From the NCBI GenBank assembly GCA_963842085.1, contig CAWJET010000002.1, forward strand, positions 384,001 to 448,000: 64,000 nt of DNA. The letters are read 5' to 3'. Every line of letters begins with the position of its first letter. Position 1 is the first letter of the stretch. This document shows, in pieces, positions 16,726-26,686 of this stretch. The notes under the pieces are model-generated. The model saw only the letters and a program-made list of their open reading frames with translations, was not told the origin of the DNA and did no database searches. The position numbers and the translations under genes are program-made. Source of the stretch: an uncultured delta proteobacterium. Its GTDB lineage: Bacteria > Desulfobacterota > Binatia > Binatales > Binataceae.

Positions 16726-19700
16726 ATGCGCTGCACACAATGCTCAGCCGAAAATCCCGAGGGAGCGAAGTTCTGCAGCGAATGCGCTTCTCCGTTGGCG
16801 GCGAAGTGTCCGCGGTGCGGCGCAACGAACAAACCCGGAGCCAAGTTTTGTAACGAATGCGCGGCATCGCTTGCGGGCGCGCGCCCGAAATCGATTGCGC
16901 AGCCTGAATCGACGCCTTCGGTGCGCGTATCACTGGAAGAAGCCGCGGCGGCCGTTGCTGAGGGCGAGCGCAAGATCGTCACCGCGCTGTTCGCCGATAT
17001 CAAGGGCTCGACCGAGCTGGAGCAGGACCTCGACCCCGAGGAAGCGCGCGCGATTGTAGACCCCGCACTGAAGCTGATGATCGACGCGGTGCGTCGTTAC
17101 GACGGGTACGTGGTGCAATCGACCGGCGATGGAATATTCGCGCTGTTCGGGGCGCCGGTTGCTCATGAGGACCATCCGCAGCGCACGCTCTATGCGGCCA
17201 TCCGCATGCAGGAAGAGTTGCGCCGATACTCGACGAAGCTCGTCGCCGACGGAGGCAATCCGCTCCAATGCCGAGTCGGCGTCAACACCGGTGAGGTTGT
17301 CGTGCGATCGATCTCGACCGGTGGCGGGCATGTCGAGTACACGCCCATCGGGCATACCACCAACCTTGCGTCCCGGATGCAGGCAGTGGCGCCGGTAGGT
17401 TCGATCGCAGTCGCAGAGCCCACGCGCAAGCTCTGCGAGGGCTATTTCGCGCTCCAGCCGCTCGGACCGACCAAGGTCAAAGGCGTCAGCGAGCCGGTCA
17501 ACGTTTACGAAGTGACCGGCCTCGGTCCGCTGCGGACGCGCCTGCAGCGCTCGGCGGGCCGCGGGCTCTCGAAGTTCGTCGGCCGCGAGCGTGAGATGGA
17601 GGCGCTCAAGCGCTCGTCGGAGCAGGCGCGAGCGGGCCGCGGGCAGATTGTCGCGGCGATGGCCGAGGCGGGCACCGGCAAGTCGCGGCTGTTCTTCGAG
17701 TTCAAGGCCAAGAACCAGTCCGGCTGGATGGTGCTGGAGACGTTCTCGGTCTCGCACGGCAAGGCGGCGGCGTATTTTCCAGTGATCGACCTGCTGCACA
17801 ACTATTTCCGCATCACCTCGGATGACGACGCGCGCGCAAGGCGCGAGAAGGTCGCCGGCAAGATCGCAATCCTGGATCGATCGCTGGAGGACGCTCTGCC
17901 GTACCTGTTCGGCTTGCTGGGCATCGTCGAGGGCGACGATCCGATTGCGCAGATGGACGGGCAGGTGAAGAAGCGGCGCACGCTCGAAGCGATCAAGCGG
18001 ATATTGTCGCGCGAATCGATGAACCAGCCGCTGATGGTTATCTTCGAGGACTTGCACTGGATCGATGACGAAACGCAGGCGTTCCTGAATTTGCTGGCCG
18101 ACTCGATCGGCACCGGGAAAATTTTGCTGCTGGTGAACTACCGGCCCGAGTACTCGCATCAGTGGAACAGCCGGACTTACTACACACAGTTGCGGCTCGA
18201 CCCGCTCGGCAAAGAGTCGGCCGACGAGATGCTCTCCGCGCTGCTCGGCGATGGTGCGGAGCTGGCAGCGCTCAAGAAACTCATCATTGAAAAAACGGAA
18301 GGCAATCCCTTCTTCATGGAAGAGACGGTGCAGGTCCTGCTCGACGAAGGCGCGCTGGTGCGCGACGGCAGCGCTGCGCGGCTCACGCGGCCGCTGGGCG
18401 AGCTCAAGATCCCGCCGACTGTGCAGGGCATCCTCGCCGCGCGCATCGACCGGTTACCGCCTGAGTCAAAGGACCTGCTGCAAGCGCTGGCCGTAATCGG
18501 GCGTGAATTTCCGCTGTCGCTGATTCGTGCGGTGGTGCCGAAATCCGATGATGAACTCAACCGCCTGCTTAGTGACCTGCAGTTGGGCGAGTTCATCTAC
18601 GAGCAGCCGGCGGTGGGCGACGTCGAGTACACTTTCAAGCACGGCCTGACCCAGGAGGTCGCGTTTGGATCGGTGCTGACAGACCGGCGCAAGGAGCTTC
18701 ATCGACGCACCGCGGTTGCAATCGAGTCTCTATACGCGGATCGCCTGGAAGACCGTTACGCCGAGCTGGCGCATCACTATGGCCGTGCGGGCGACGCCGC
18801 CAAAGCGGCGCACTACCTCCGTCTTGCGGGCGTACAGGCGCGCGCGCGGTCGGCCTTCAGCGAGGCGCTCGCACATCTGACTGCCGGACTGGAATTTCTC
18901 AATACTATTCCCCAGAGTCCGGCCCGCGACGTACACGAGTTGCAGTTGCAGTTGGACCTGGCCGATGCCTCTACGACCGTGTATGGTCCCGCTTCCGATG
19001 TACCCGAAGCGGCCTTTTCGCGAGCCTACGAGCTTTGCCGTCGCGGCGGCGAAAGTGTTGACCTCCTGCGAGCATTGGACGGGATTAGAAATGTGCATAA
19101 CACCAGAGGAGCAGTGCACAAAGCGTACAAAGTGGCTCAAGAGATCCTGGAGATAGCTCGCAGAATCAACGATCCAACTCGGGTTGCGCTCGCCCAAACA
19201 GCCTTGGGCATGTCTCTGAGTACTCTGGCCGAACTGGCTCAAGCACGTGAGATGATGGAAGAGTCGCTGGCGCCGCTGGGATCTCTGCCGGATCTTCCGA
19301 ACCTGCAAACTGCCCGGGTAATTCTGCCTCTCTTGCTCGGTCGCACACTATGGCTGCTTGGCTTCCCGGACCAGGGGCTCAAGCGGATGCGCGAGGCTGA
19401 AATCGCCGGGAATCGGAGCGCCAACCCCATTGCGAAGGCTTTTGCCTTGCAACCGAGCGAAGTGCACACCTGGTGTGGCAATTTTGAAGTGGTTCGAGAA
19501 AACTCGCAAAAGCTGTTGCAGGCACCCTGGCTGGTAGAACTAAACCCTCTCTTCGCCGCTCGAGCAGACGTCTCTCTAGGCTGGTTGCTGGCCAGAACAG
19601 GAAAGCTCGACGGGATAGCGATGATACGCGACGCGATGGCAAGGATAACTGCGACCCGCTTCGGGCTATCCCGGTCGCTGTTCGGCTCGATGCTGGCGGA

Positions 19701-20076
19701 AGCATGCGCATCCGTCGGCCAAATCGATGAAGCCGTGAGCGTGCTGGATGAGACACTTCCGTTCGCGCAGACCGAGGAGCGCTACTACGAAGCCGAGTTG
19801 AATCGCCAGCGCGGAGAATTGCTCTTGATGCGCGGGAGCACGGAAAGTGGAGCGGCCGAAGATTGCTTTCGCGAGGCGATCAAAATCGCCCGGCGCCAAA
19901 GCGCCAAGTCGTGGGAACTGCGCGCGACGACCAGCCTTGCGCGGTTGCTCGCGAAGCAGGGCAAGCGCGACGAGGCGCGTGCGATACTCGCGGAAATCTA
20001 CAACTGGTTCACCGAGGGCTTCAGCACCGCCGACCTGAAGGACGCGAAGGCCTTGCTCGATGAGTTGAGTGGATAG
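16726..20076 (+). CDS. Double Zn-ribbon / class III adenylate-guanylate cyclase / AAA ATPase / TPR protein
   Basis: CTQC...CSEC...CPRC...CNEC; LFADIKGST; GDGIFALFGAP; P-loop AEAGTGKS; FEDLHWID; GNPFF; C-terminal SWELRATTSLARL. Confidence 0.92.
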   Translation: MRCTQCSAENPEGAKFCSECASPLAAKCPRCGATNKPGAKFCNECAASLAGARPKSIAQPESTPSVRVSLEEAAAAVAEGERKIVTALFADIKGSTELEQDLDPEEARAIVDPALKLMIDAVRRYDGYVVQSTGDGIFALFGAPVAHEDHPQRTLYAAIRMQEELRRYSTKLVADGGNPLQCRVGVNTGEVVVRSISTGGGHVEYTPIGHTTNLASRMQAVAPVGSIAVAEPTRKLCEGYFALQPLGPTKVKGVSEPVNVYEVTGLGPLRTRLQRSAGRGLSKFVGREREMEALKRSSEQARAGRGQIVAAMAEAGTGKSRLFFEFKAKNQSGWMVLETFSVSHGKAAAYFPVIDLLHNYFRITSDDDARARREKVAGKIAILDRSLEDALPYLFGLLGIVEGDDPIAQMDGQVKKRRTLEAIKRILSRESMNQPLMVIFEDLHWIDDETQAFLNLLADSIGTGKILLLVNYRPEYSHQWNSRTYYTQLRLDPLGKESADEMLSALLGDGAELAALKKLIIEKTEGNPFFMEETVQVLLDEGALVRDGSAARLTRPLGELKIPPTVQGILAARIDRLPPESKDLLQALAVIGREFPLSLIRAVVPKSDDELNRLLSDLQLGEFIYEQPAVGDVEYTFKHGLTQEVAFGSVLTDRRKELHRRTAVAIESLYADRLEDRYAELAHHYGRAGDAAKAAHYLRLAGVQARARSAFSEALAHLTAGLEFLNTIPQSPARDVHELQLQLDLADASTTVYGPASDVPEAAFSRAYELCRRGGESVDLLRALDGIRNVHNTRGAVHKAYKVAQEILEIARRINDPTRVALAQTALGMSLSTLAELAQAREMMEESLAPLGSLPDLPNLQTARVILPLLLGRTLWLLGFPDQGLKRMREAEIAGNRSANPIAKAFALQPSEVHTWCGNFEVVRENSQKLLQAPWLVELNPLFAARADVSLGWLLARTGKLDGIAMIRDAMARITATRFGLSRSLFGSMLAEACASVGQIDEAVSVLDETLPFAQTEERYYEAELNRQRGELLLMRGSTESGAAEDCFREAIKIARRQSAKSWELRATTSLARLLAKQGKRDEARAILAEIYNWFTEGFSTADLKDAKALLDELSG

Positions 20077-20082
20077 TCGCTT

Positions 20083-20871
20083 ATGGCGCGAGTTGAAACT
20101 CTAAAGCCGGGCGAGATTGGCGATGCGGCGGACAAGGCCGAAACGCTCGCGCTCCGCGGCGAAGGCCTGACCAAGGTTTACGGCGGCCGCGCCGTGGTCG
20201 ACAACGTAAACGTAGTCGTCCGGCCGGGCGAGGTGGTGGGATTCCTAGGCCCCAACGGCGCCGGCAAAACCACCACCTTCTACATGCTGGTGGGACTGCT
20301 CAAGCCCGACCAGGGGCGAATCATGTTCAGCGGCGAGGATATTACGACGCTGCCGCTCTACCAGCGCGCGCGCCGCGGGATTTCGTACCTGCCGCAGGAG
20401 CCGAGCGTCTTCCGCAAGCTGACGGTCGAGCAAAATCTGCTGGCGGTGCTCGAAACGCTGCCGCTCAACGAAGAGGAGCGTTACGCGCGCCTGCAATCGC
20501 TGCTCGACGAGCTCGGGATCTCGAAACTGGCGAAGTCCAAGGCGGGCGTGCTGTCCGGCGGCGAACGGCGGCGCGTGGAGATCACGCGCGCGCTGGTGCT
20601 CGATCCGGTGTACCTTTGCCTCGACGAGCCGTTCGCGGGAATCGATCCGATCACCGTGGTCGAGATTCAGCGCGTCGTGTCGTATCTTAAGGAGCGCGGC
20701 ATCGGGGTGCTGATGTCGGATCACAACGTGCATGCGACGCTGTCGATCATCGATCGCGCGTATATCATTCACGCGGGCAAAATTCTGTTCGAGGGCAAGC
20801 CGCGCGAAATCGTCGCGAGCGAGGCAGTGCGCCAGGTGTTCCTGGGCGAGCGGTTCAAGCTGGCGAGATAG
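20083..20871 (+). CDS. lptB: LPS export ABC transporter ATP-binding protein
   Basis: GPNGAGKTT, YLPQEPSVFRKLTV, LSGGERRRVEI, LDEPFAGIDPI, DHNV. Confidence 0.93.
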   Translation: MARVETLKPGEIGDAADKAETLALRGEGLTKVYGGRAVVDNVNVVVRPGEVVGFLGPNGAGKTTTFYMLVGLLKPDQGRIMFSGEDITTLPLYQRARRGISYLPQEPSVFRKLTVEQNLLAVLETLPLNEEERYARLQSLLDELGISKLAKSKAGVLSGGERRRVEITRALVLDPVYLCLDEPFAGIDPITVVEIQRVVSYLKERGIGVLMSDHNVHATLSIIDRAYIIHAGKILFEGKPREIVASEAVRQVFLGERFKLAR

Positions 20872-20906
20872 CGGGACCGATCAAGCGCAGGCGCGCACGA
20901 ATCGAA

Positions 20907-21743
20907 TCAGTAGGGGACTCCGGACGCGCTGAATCCGGAGTTTGGCATCGGCGGCGGATAGGTCGGATACCCGTAGCTGCCATAGCCCGGCGCGTAGCCG
21001 GAACCGAATCCACCGTAACCTCCGCCATAGCCCCCGTAGCCACCGCTGCCCAACGACATGCCGCCCCCCAGCAGCATCGGGAGCAGCGTGGTCAACATGC
21101 TCGGCGGGGCGCTGTTGTACTGCTGATACTGCTGGTACTGCGGCGCTCCCTGCGCCTGGTAAGCCTGTACGCCGGGTGGCTCGTTGTTCTGATAATTCTG
21201 GATCGAACCGGTCGCGGCGTAAGGATCGTAGCCGCTGGATGCATTGGCCGAGGGAACTCCATTGACCGTCGATCCGGAAGCGTCTCTGCCGTTGGCAAGT
21301 TCGGGACTGATCTTGATCCGGTTGTCGACGACCAGCGTTGGATCCTTCAGATAGTGGCGAGCCTTCTCCTCAGCGTCGGTCTTGCCAAAGTCGCTGGCGA
21401 CGAAGCCGAACAGGATTACCTGCTTGCCGCCGCTGGGACTGGTGACGACTTGCGCGCCAACCAGCGGCAGCGAGTGATGCTTCAAATAATCGGTGAGGCC
21501 CTGGCTCTGCGGAGAGTCGATCGTGCCGCCCGCCACCGTGCCGGCCGCCGAGGGCGGCGGCAGACTCGAAGTCGAATCGAAGCTGTTCGAAGTGCCGAGC
21601 TGCGCACCTTTCGTTGCACCGGTCGTCCCGTAGGGATTCTGCACCGGCTCGCATGAGGTCAAACCGGCGAGAGCGACCGCCAACCCGAAGGCCGCCACGG
21701 CATTTCCGATACGACGCATAAGAGGATTATAGACCTGTGTCAT
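20907..21743 (-). CDS. Lipoprotein with a BON-like domain and a Gly/Tyr-rich tail
   Basis: Lipobox LTSC; VILFGFVAS...AEEKAR...VVDNRIKI; GYG repeats. The start may be at 21719. Confidence 0.6.
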   Translation of the reverse strand: MTQVYNPLMRRIGNAVAAFGLAVALAGLTSCEPVQNPYGTTGATKGAQLGTSNSFDSTSSLPPPSAAGTVAGGTIDSPQSQGLTDYLKHHSLPLVGAQVVTSPSGGKQVILFGFVASDFGKTDAEEKARHYLKDPTLVVDNRIKISPELANGRDASGSTVNGVPSANASSGYDPYAATGSIQNYQNNEPPGVQAYQAQGAPQYQQYQQYNSAPPSMLTTLLPMLLGGGMSLGSGGYGGYGGGYGGFGSGYAPGYGSYGYPTYPPPMPNSGFSASGVPY

Positions 21744-21862
21744 CCACCTAACAATTCGACGAACTCAGGGCAATTTCGTTTCATTTCGCGAGGACGAGTT
21801 CGCGTTGCGAGAATGCGTTACTCATTGTGCGAGAGGGGCTGCGTCGAATCTACGCTTTTCGC

Positions 21863-21878
21863 TGGCACATTCGATGCA
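21863..21878 (+). promoter_or_regulatory. sigma54 (-24/-12) promoter
   Basis: TGGCACATTCGATGCA, GG-N10-GC, 41 bp before the hemerythrin-domain gene. Confidence 0.65.
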
Positions 21879-21919
21879 ACCTTGGGTAGCTGTCGGGATG
21901 GGTAACCAAAGGAACCGCA

Positions 21920-22435
21920 ATGTTGACTAACAAACCGGGCCTCGCTCGGCCCGAACGGAGTCCAATTACAGCGCGCGTCGCAGCGGCGCTTTCGCGGCTG
22001 AGTCTTGAAGATTCAAAGCTCGGCGAACGCCTGCTCAGCGCGGCGGTCGCCGGTGCGGTGGTCGCGCGCCAGCCGGCCGATACGATCCTGCGGGCGGAAG
22101 CGGCGGAAGCGTGGAACTCGATTAAAACGGTGATCGCGCATCACCTTGCCAGTGAGGAAGATATCGTTCTGCCCTGGATGAAGTCGCGGGAAGACTTCCC
22201 GCCCGATCTGATCTTGCGCACTTGCGAACAGCATCGGCGGTTGCGGGAGCTTGCACGAGTGGTCGAAGCCACCTCATTCGTCACGGGCTCCGATGAAGAA
22301 GTGACGAAAGCGGGAACCGCGCTGACCGCTTTCGCAGTATGTCTGGACGATCTGATCGACGGCGAGGAACGCGACTTGTTTCCGATGATTCAACGCAGCT
22401 TGTACGCGGAAGCCACCAGTCCCGCGGCCGCTTGA
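21920..22435 (+). CDS. Hemerythrin (HHE) domain protein
   Basis: HHLASEEDIVLP, EQH, EERDLFP; the last HxxxE has Leu in place of His (LIDGEE). Confidence 0.7.
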   Translation: MLTNKPGLARPERSPITARVAAALSRLSLEDSKLGERLLSAAVAGAVVARQPADTILRAEAAEAWNSIKTVIAHHLASEEDIVLPWMKSREDFPPDLILRTCEQHRRLRELARVVEATSFVTGSDEEVTKAGTALTAFAVCLDDLIDGEERDLFPMIQRSLYAEATSPAAA

Positions 22436-22453
22436 AGCAAGGCGGATCGCCGG

Positions 22454-23257
22454 CTACTTCGGATAGCCGATCTCGGCGAGGAAATCGCGCACCAGTTGAT
22501 TGAAGACGGTGGCGTTCTCGAAATAGATCGAATGGCCGCTGCCGGGCACCGTGCGCAGGCGCGAATTTGGCAGCGCCGACGCCAGCGCCTTTACGATGTC
22601 GGGCCTGATTAGGGTGTCCTCTTCGCCAACCATGCACAGTATCGGCATCGTCAGGCGCTGCTTCACGGCAGCCAGGTCGTAGCGCAGGCCGATTATCCGC
22701 GCGCCGGCGTCGGCGGGCGGGCGCGCGCCGTGAACCCGGATTTCGTCGTAGAGAAACGCCATCTCGGGGCGCCGCGCAAAGTAATCGGCGGCATAGGTCG
22801 GCAACGATCCGATCGGCGGGGTCGCATCGACGGGCAGCGGCGCCCGCGGCGGTGCGAATTTCATCTCGGGCGTGAAGATTCCGCCCGGCGTGTCCGCCAT
22901 CACCATCGCGGCAACTCGTTGGGGATGCTCGAGCGCGTAGCCGACGATCGTCCATCCACCCATCGATTGCCCGACCAGCACGGCCTTGTCGATCTTCAGA
23001 TGGTCGAGCAGGGCGCCGAGGTCGCTCGCGTGTGCGCGATTGAACAAGCCGTCGGGATCGGGCGAGAGGCCGAAGCCACGCTGATCAACCGTGACGCACT
23101 CGAACGAGCGCATGAAGTACGGGACCTGCTGCCACCACGAGAGATGGTTGCCGCCAAGGCCGTGCAGGAAGACGAGCGGCGCGCCCGCGCCGACGCGCTC
23201 GTAGTAGAGCGAGAACTTGCCGATTTCCAATCTGCCAGGCGTGATTCGATATTCCAT
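22454..23257 (-). CDS. Alpha/beta hydrolase
   Basis: FLHGLGG, DQRGFGLS, GQSMGG nucleophile elbow, GEED, GHSIYFE. Start set at MEYRITPG. Confidence 0.9.
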   Translation of the reverse strand: MEYRITPGRLEIGKFSLYYERVGAGAPLVFLHGLGGNHLSWWQQVPYFMRSFECVTVDQRGFGLSPDPDGLFNRAHASDLGALLDHLKIDKAVLVGQSMGGWTIVGYALEHPQRVAAMVMADTPGGIFTPEMKFAPPRAPLPVDATPPIGSLPTYAADYFARRPEMAFLYDEIRVHGARPPADAGARIIGLRYDLAAVKQRLTMPILCMVGEEDTLIRPDIVKALASALPNSRLRTVPGSGHSIYFENATVFNQLVRDFLAEIGYPK

Positions 23258-23283
23258 TGGCGATACTCCGCGTGCGAGCAGTC

Positions 23284-23640
23284 TTACGACTCGCCCTTTG
23301 GTTTGTCGATGCGCAGGCCCGAGAGCAGTTGCGCGACGTTTTCGCCGACTTCGCGGCGAGCGGCGGGCTTGTCGTCCGCGTGCGCGATAAAAATTGCGGC
23401 CTCGGTCAATGCGCCGATCAGCAGATGAGCCAATGAATCGATCGGCCCGGGCGCGATGATGCCCTGGTTGCAGCGCGGCGGTGACCAGCCGCAGATTGTA
23501 CTTGGTGTCGATCTCGCGCCAGCGCTCCCATCCCAGGACGGCCAGCGCGTCGATCAGCACGACGCGTTGCACGGCGGGGTCGAGGCACGCGTCGAGGAAG
23601 GCGTTGCAGCCGGCGAGCGGCGGGCTTGTCGTCTGCAAGA
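23284..23640 (-). pseudogene. TetR-family regulator remnant (HTH lost, frameshifted C-terminal domain)
   Basis: GCNAFLDACLDPAVQRVVLIDALAVLGWERWREID...ALQ continues in another frame as NQGIIAPGPIDSLAHLLIGALTEAAIFIAHADD...*; no N-terminal HTH. Confidence 0.75.
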
Positions 23641-23715
23641 CGGCGGAGAACAGCTGATGAGCGTGCTGCTGCAGGAATTTTGGCGCTCCGAGTCGGACAA
23701 CGGAGGCGCAACTGC

Positions 23716-24366
23716 CTAGCGAGAGCGCCGGATCTGTCTGATTTTAACGGGACGCGAACCTCTACGGGATCTGACGTAAGTCAATGCCACCATGACCGCC
23801 ACGAACAGAAGTTCCCACCAGAACAAAACGCTGAACCGGTCGAGTTGGCTGTACCACGTATCCGCGGCCGGAGCAGCGCTGGTGGCCGTCCCGAAAGTGG
23901 TCGACAGGTTGCCCCGCCAACGTGACATTACAACAATGCCATTCCACACGAGCCCTCCGACCAGCACCACCGCCCAGAAAAGAACGCCGAATTGTTCGGG
24001 TCGGCGGCGCCGAACGATACTGTCAAGCGAACCGGGCTCAGGAATGATCGTGGGGGTGGAGCGAACCGGGCGGCGGGGCAACTCCGGGCCGGGCTCTTCT
24101 TGGTCTTCCTCGAGCGCAGCCGGCTGAGGGACGAGCGCTACCGGATCAATTGAGGTGACGCCCGCCTCGCGAATCTGGCGCAGGATGAAAAGCATATCCT
24201 GCTTGCAGGTCAGAGTTCCCAACAGCGCGCATTTCGACAGCGCCTCGAGTTCCTTTGGGGTAATCCTGAGGCGCGCGATAAGATCGCGGTCGTTGCGAAT
24301 CTCATCCAGAATCGCGCGCTCCTGGCGCGGCGCGAGGTCCAAATGGTTTTGGGTATCGGATTTCAT
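23716..24366 (-). CDS. Hypothetical membrane protein (2 C-terminal TM segments)
   Basis: 216-aa ORF with hydrophobic FGVLFWAVVLVGGLVW and VLFWWELLFVAVMVALTY segments. Confidence 0.65.
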   Translation of the reverse strand: MKSDTQNHLDLAPRQERAILDEIRNDRDLIARLRITPKELEALSKCALLGTLTCKQDMLFILRQIREAGVTSIDPVALVPQPAALEEDQEEPGPELPRRPVRSTPTIIPEPGSLDSIVRRRRPEQFGVLFWAVVLVGGLVWNGIVVMSRWRGNLSTTFGTATSAAPAADTWYSQLDRFSVLFWWELLFVAVMVALTYVRSRRGSRPVKIRQIRRSR

Positions 24367-24698
24367 AGGAAAGCATTCTGACGCCGAACACGACTCAAAG
24401 CAAGACTAAACATGACATGAGCCGCATAGAGCATTATAACATCTTTAAGAGACGCAATAGGACTCAATAGATAAAGCGTACAGTAAGATTTATCTACCTA
24501 CTGTATGTGTAGATAGCGAAAGTGTAGCGAACCTCTACTCTTCGTACGGTGCGGTTGAACGGATTTGTCGCGATGCGTGTCGGGGCCCGCAATGGCGCCG
24601 CCGCACGTCCCTTGGGGCTCCAACTCGCGCCGATTCCGCGCCTTTCGCGAACGTCGGAAAAGAGGGTAAATGCACCTGAGAGTGGTGAGGCAGCGCCC

Positions 24699-25154
24699 AT
24701 GCATGGCTTGAGATCGCTTCTGAGACCGGCGCCTGATTACCGCGCCGTTGTCTTTGTTCGCGTAGCAGTCGGGTCGATTTTCTTCAGCCAGGGGATCCTG
24801 AAGTACATCGATCCGCACATGGGTGTGCTGCGGTTTGCCCGCATCGGGTTCCCGATGCCCGAGTTTACCGCTCACTTCGTTGGCGCCGTCGAGATTGTAT
24901 GTGGGTTCCTGGTCCTGGTCGGTCTGCTCACCAGGCTTGCGAGCATACCGCTCTTGATCGTGATCGTAACGGCGATTGCGACGACCAAGATCCCGGAACT
25001 GTTTCACCCCAACCAGGGCTTCTGGTTCATGGTGAGCGACGCGAGGACGGACTCTGCGATGACGATGAGCTTGCTGTTACTGATCGCCGCCGGCGGCGGA
25101 TCATGGTCCCTCGACGCGCGGATCTGGAGGGAAGACGCGCGACGCCCAGGCTGA
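24699..25154 (+). CDS. DoxX family membrane protein
   Basis: RVAVGSIFFSQGILK, EIVCGFLVLVGLLTRLA, GGGSWSLD. Confidence 0.85.
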   Translation: MHGLRSLLRPAPDYRAVVFVRVAVGSIFFSQGILKYIDPHMGVLRFARIGFPMPEFTAHFVGAVEIVCGFLVLVGLLTRLASIPLLIVIVTAIATTKIPELFHPNQGFWFMVSDARTDSAMTMSLLLLIAAGGGSWSLDARIWREDARRPG

Positions 25155-25187
25155 ACGCCCCGCGATCATTTCGGTCTTGATTTCTCG

Positions 25188-25433
25188 CTAGTGAGTGCGC
25201 GAGCGCAGGTAGGCAACGCAGCCGCTTAAGCTGGTCATTTTGGGATAGTCCGCCTCCGGAATATCGACTCCGGTCGCTTCGTGAATAGCGATCGCGAGGT
25301 TCAGGATGTCCATCGAGTCGAGGTCGACTTGTTCGCGCAGATCGACCGCCGGGTCGATTTCGCTCAGCTCGACCTCGGGTGCGATCTTGTGCAGCTCGCG
25401 CAGGTAGAGCGCTTTTATCTCGTCGTCGGTCAC
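25188..25433 (-). CDS. Acyl carrier protein
   Basis: LDSMD phosphopantetheine attachment motif; GVDIPEADY; GTG start overlaps the E2 stop. Confidence 0.9.
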   Translation of the reverse strand: MTDDEIKALYLRELHKIAPEVELSEIDPAVDLREQVDLDSMDILNLAIAIHEATGVDIPEADYPKMTSLSGCVAYLRSRTH

Positions 25434-26686
25434 AGCTTCTCCGGCTCCTGCAATAGACGCTCGATGGCGGCCAGGAACAATGCGCCGCGATGACCGTCGC
25501 TCGCGCGATGGTCACCCGACAAGCTCGCCATCACGACGGGCCGCGCGCCGACCATTCCGCCGCTTGCCCACGGGCGCTCAACAATCTTGCCGAAACCGAC
25601 CAGCGCAACCTGCGGCGGATAGATGGCTCCGAAGACGGTTTCGACGCCCTCGTCGCCGAGACTGGTAACGGTGATTGTTGCATCGGCGATCTCGGAACTG
25701 CGAAGCATGCCGGCGCGCACGCGCTTTACCAGATCGCGCAGACTCACCATGATCTCGCTGAGGCTCTTCTGGTCAACATCGTGAATCGCCGGCGCGATAA
25801 GGCCGCCTTGCCGGATCGATATCGCGACGCCGACGTGAACCGCCGCGCTCGGCTTGAACGCACCATCGATCCAGAAGCCGTTCATCTCCGGTATCTCATG
25901 AACGGCGACTGCGACGGCCTTCAGCAGAAGCACGGAGTAGAGCAGCCTCTCCGTCACCGGCCGCCTAAGGTTTTCCGCCTGCAGCCACCCCATCGCCTTG
26001 CTCATGTCGATGTGCGTGCCGAGATAGTAATGGGGTATCTCGCGCTTCGAACGCGCCATCGCCGCCGCGATCACTTTGCGCATCGCCGCACGATGATCGA
26101 TCGCTGCAACGGCGGGTTTGGGCGGCGCCGCTGTCACCGGCTCCTCAATTGGCGCGGCGACCGGAGCTGCAGGAGTTGGCGGCGGCGGGGCCTTCGCGGC
26201 GCGCTCGACGTCGGCCTTGGTGACAGCGCCTTCGGGACCGGTGCCCTTGACGGTTGCGAGATCCACCTTGAGTTCCATCGCGACGCGCATCGCGAGCGGA
26301 GAGATACGCGCGCGATGGGGCGCGGCAGGCCTCGGCGCCGGCTTGGCCACGACGCGCGCAGCCGCAGGCGGGGTCGGAGCCGGCGCGATAACTGCCGGCG
26401 CGCGCTCGGCGGGTTTCGGCTTCGCCTCGGGAGCGGCCGCGACAGCCTCACCATTTGTGACAAGCACGGCCAGCAGCGTACCGACGGGGACCTTTTCTCC
26501 TTCGGGGACGACGATCTTCTGGATGACACCGGTCTGGAAAATTTCCACCTCGATAGTGGCCTTTTCGGTATCCACCACCGCAACGATATCGCCGCGCTTA
26601 ACCTTGTCGCCCGGCTTCACCAGCCATTGCAGCACGGTGCCGACTTCCATGTCGGCGCCAAGCGAGGGCATCAGGAAATCAGCCAT
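25430..26686 (-). CDS. pdhC: 2-oxoacid dehydrogenase E2 (dihydrolipoamide acyltransferase)
   Basis: Lipoyl domain DTEKA, peripheral subunit-binding ISPLA...GTGPEGAV, catalytic DHRASDG. Confidence 0.9.
   Translation of the reverse strand: MADFLMPSLGADMEVGTVLQWLVKPGDKVKRGDIVAVVDTEKATIEVEIFQTGVIQKIVVPEGEKVPVGTLLAVLVTNGEAVAAAPEAKPKPAERAPAVIAPAPTPPAAARVVAKPAPRPAAPHRARISPLAMRVAMELKVDLATVKGTGPEGAVTKADVERAAKAPPPPTPAAPVAAPIEEPVTAAPPKPAVAAIDHRAAMRKVIAAAMARSKREIPHYYLGTHIDMSKAMGWLQAENLRRPVTERLLYSVLLLKAVAVAVHEIPEMNGFWIDGAFKPSAAVHVGVAISIRQGGLIAPAIHDVDQKSLSEIMVSLRDLVKRVRAGMLRSSEIADATITVTSLGDEGVETVFGAIYPPQVALVGFGKIVERPWASGGMVGARPVVMASLSGDHRASDGHRGALFLAAIERLLQEPEKL

Noticed and set aside
22454-23638. 394-aa TetR-hydrolase fusion in the ORF track
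   Set aside because: It is an artefact of the frameshifted TetR remnant reading into the hydrolase frame; the hydrolase has its own start at 23257.
24479-24518. LexA/SOS-box-like CTGTATGTGTAGATAG and nested short inverted repeats
   Set aside because: The right half-site is imperfect, the gammaproteobacterial box is unlikely in this lineage, and such matches arise by chance in AT-rich DNA.
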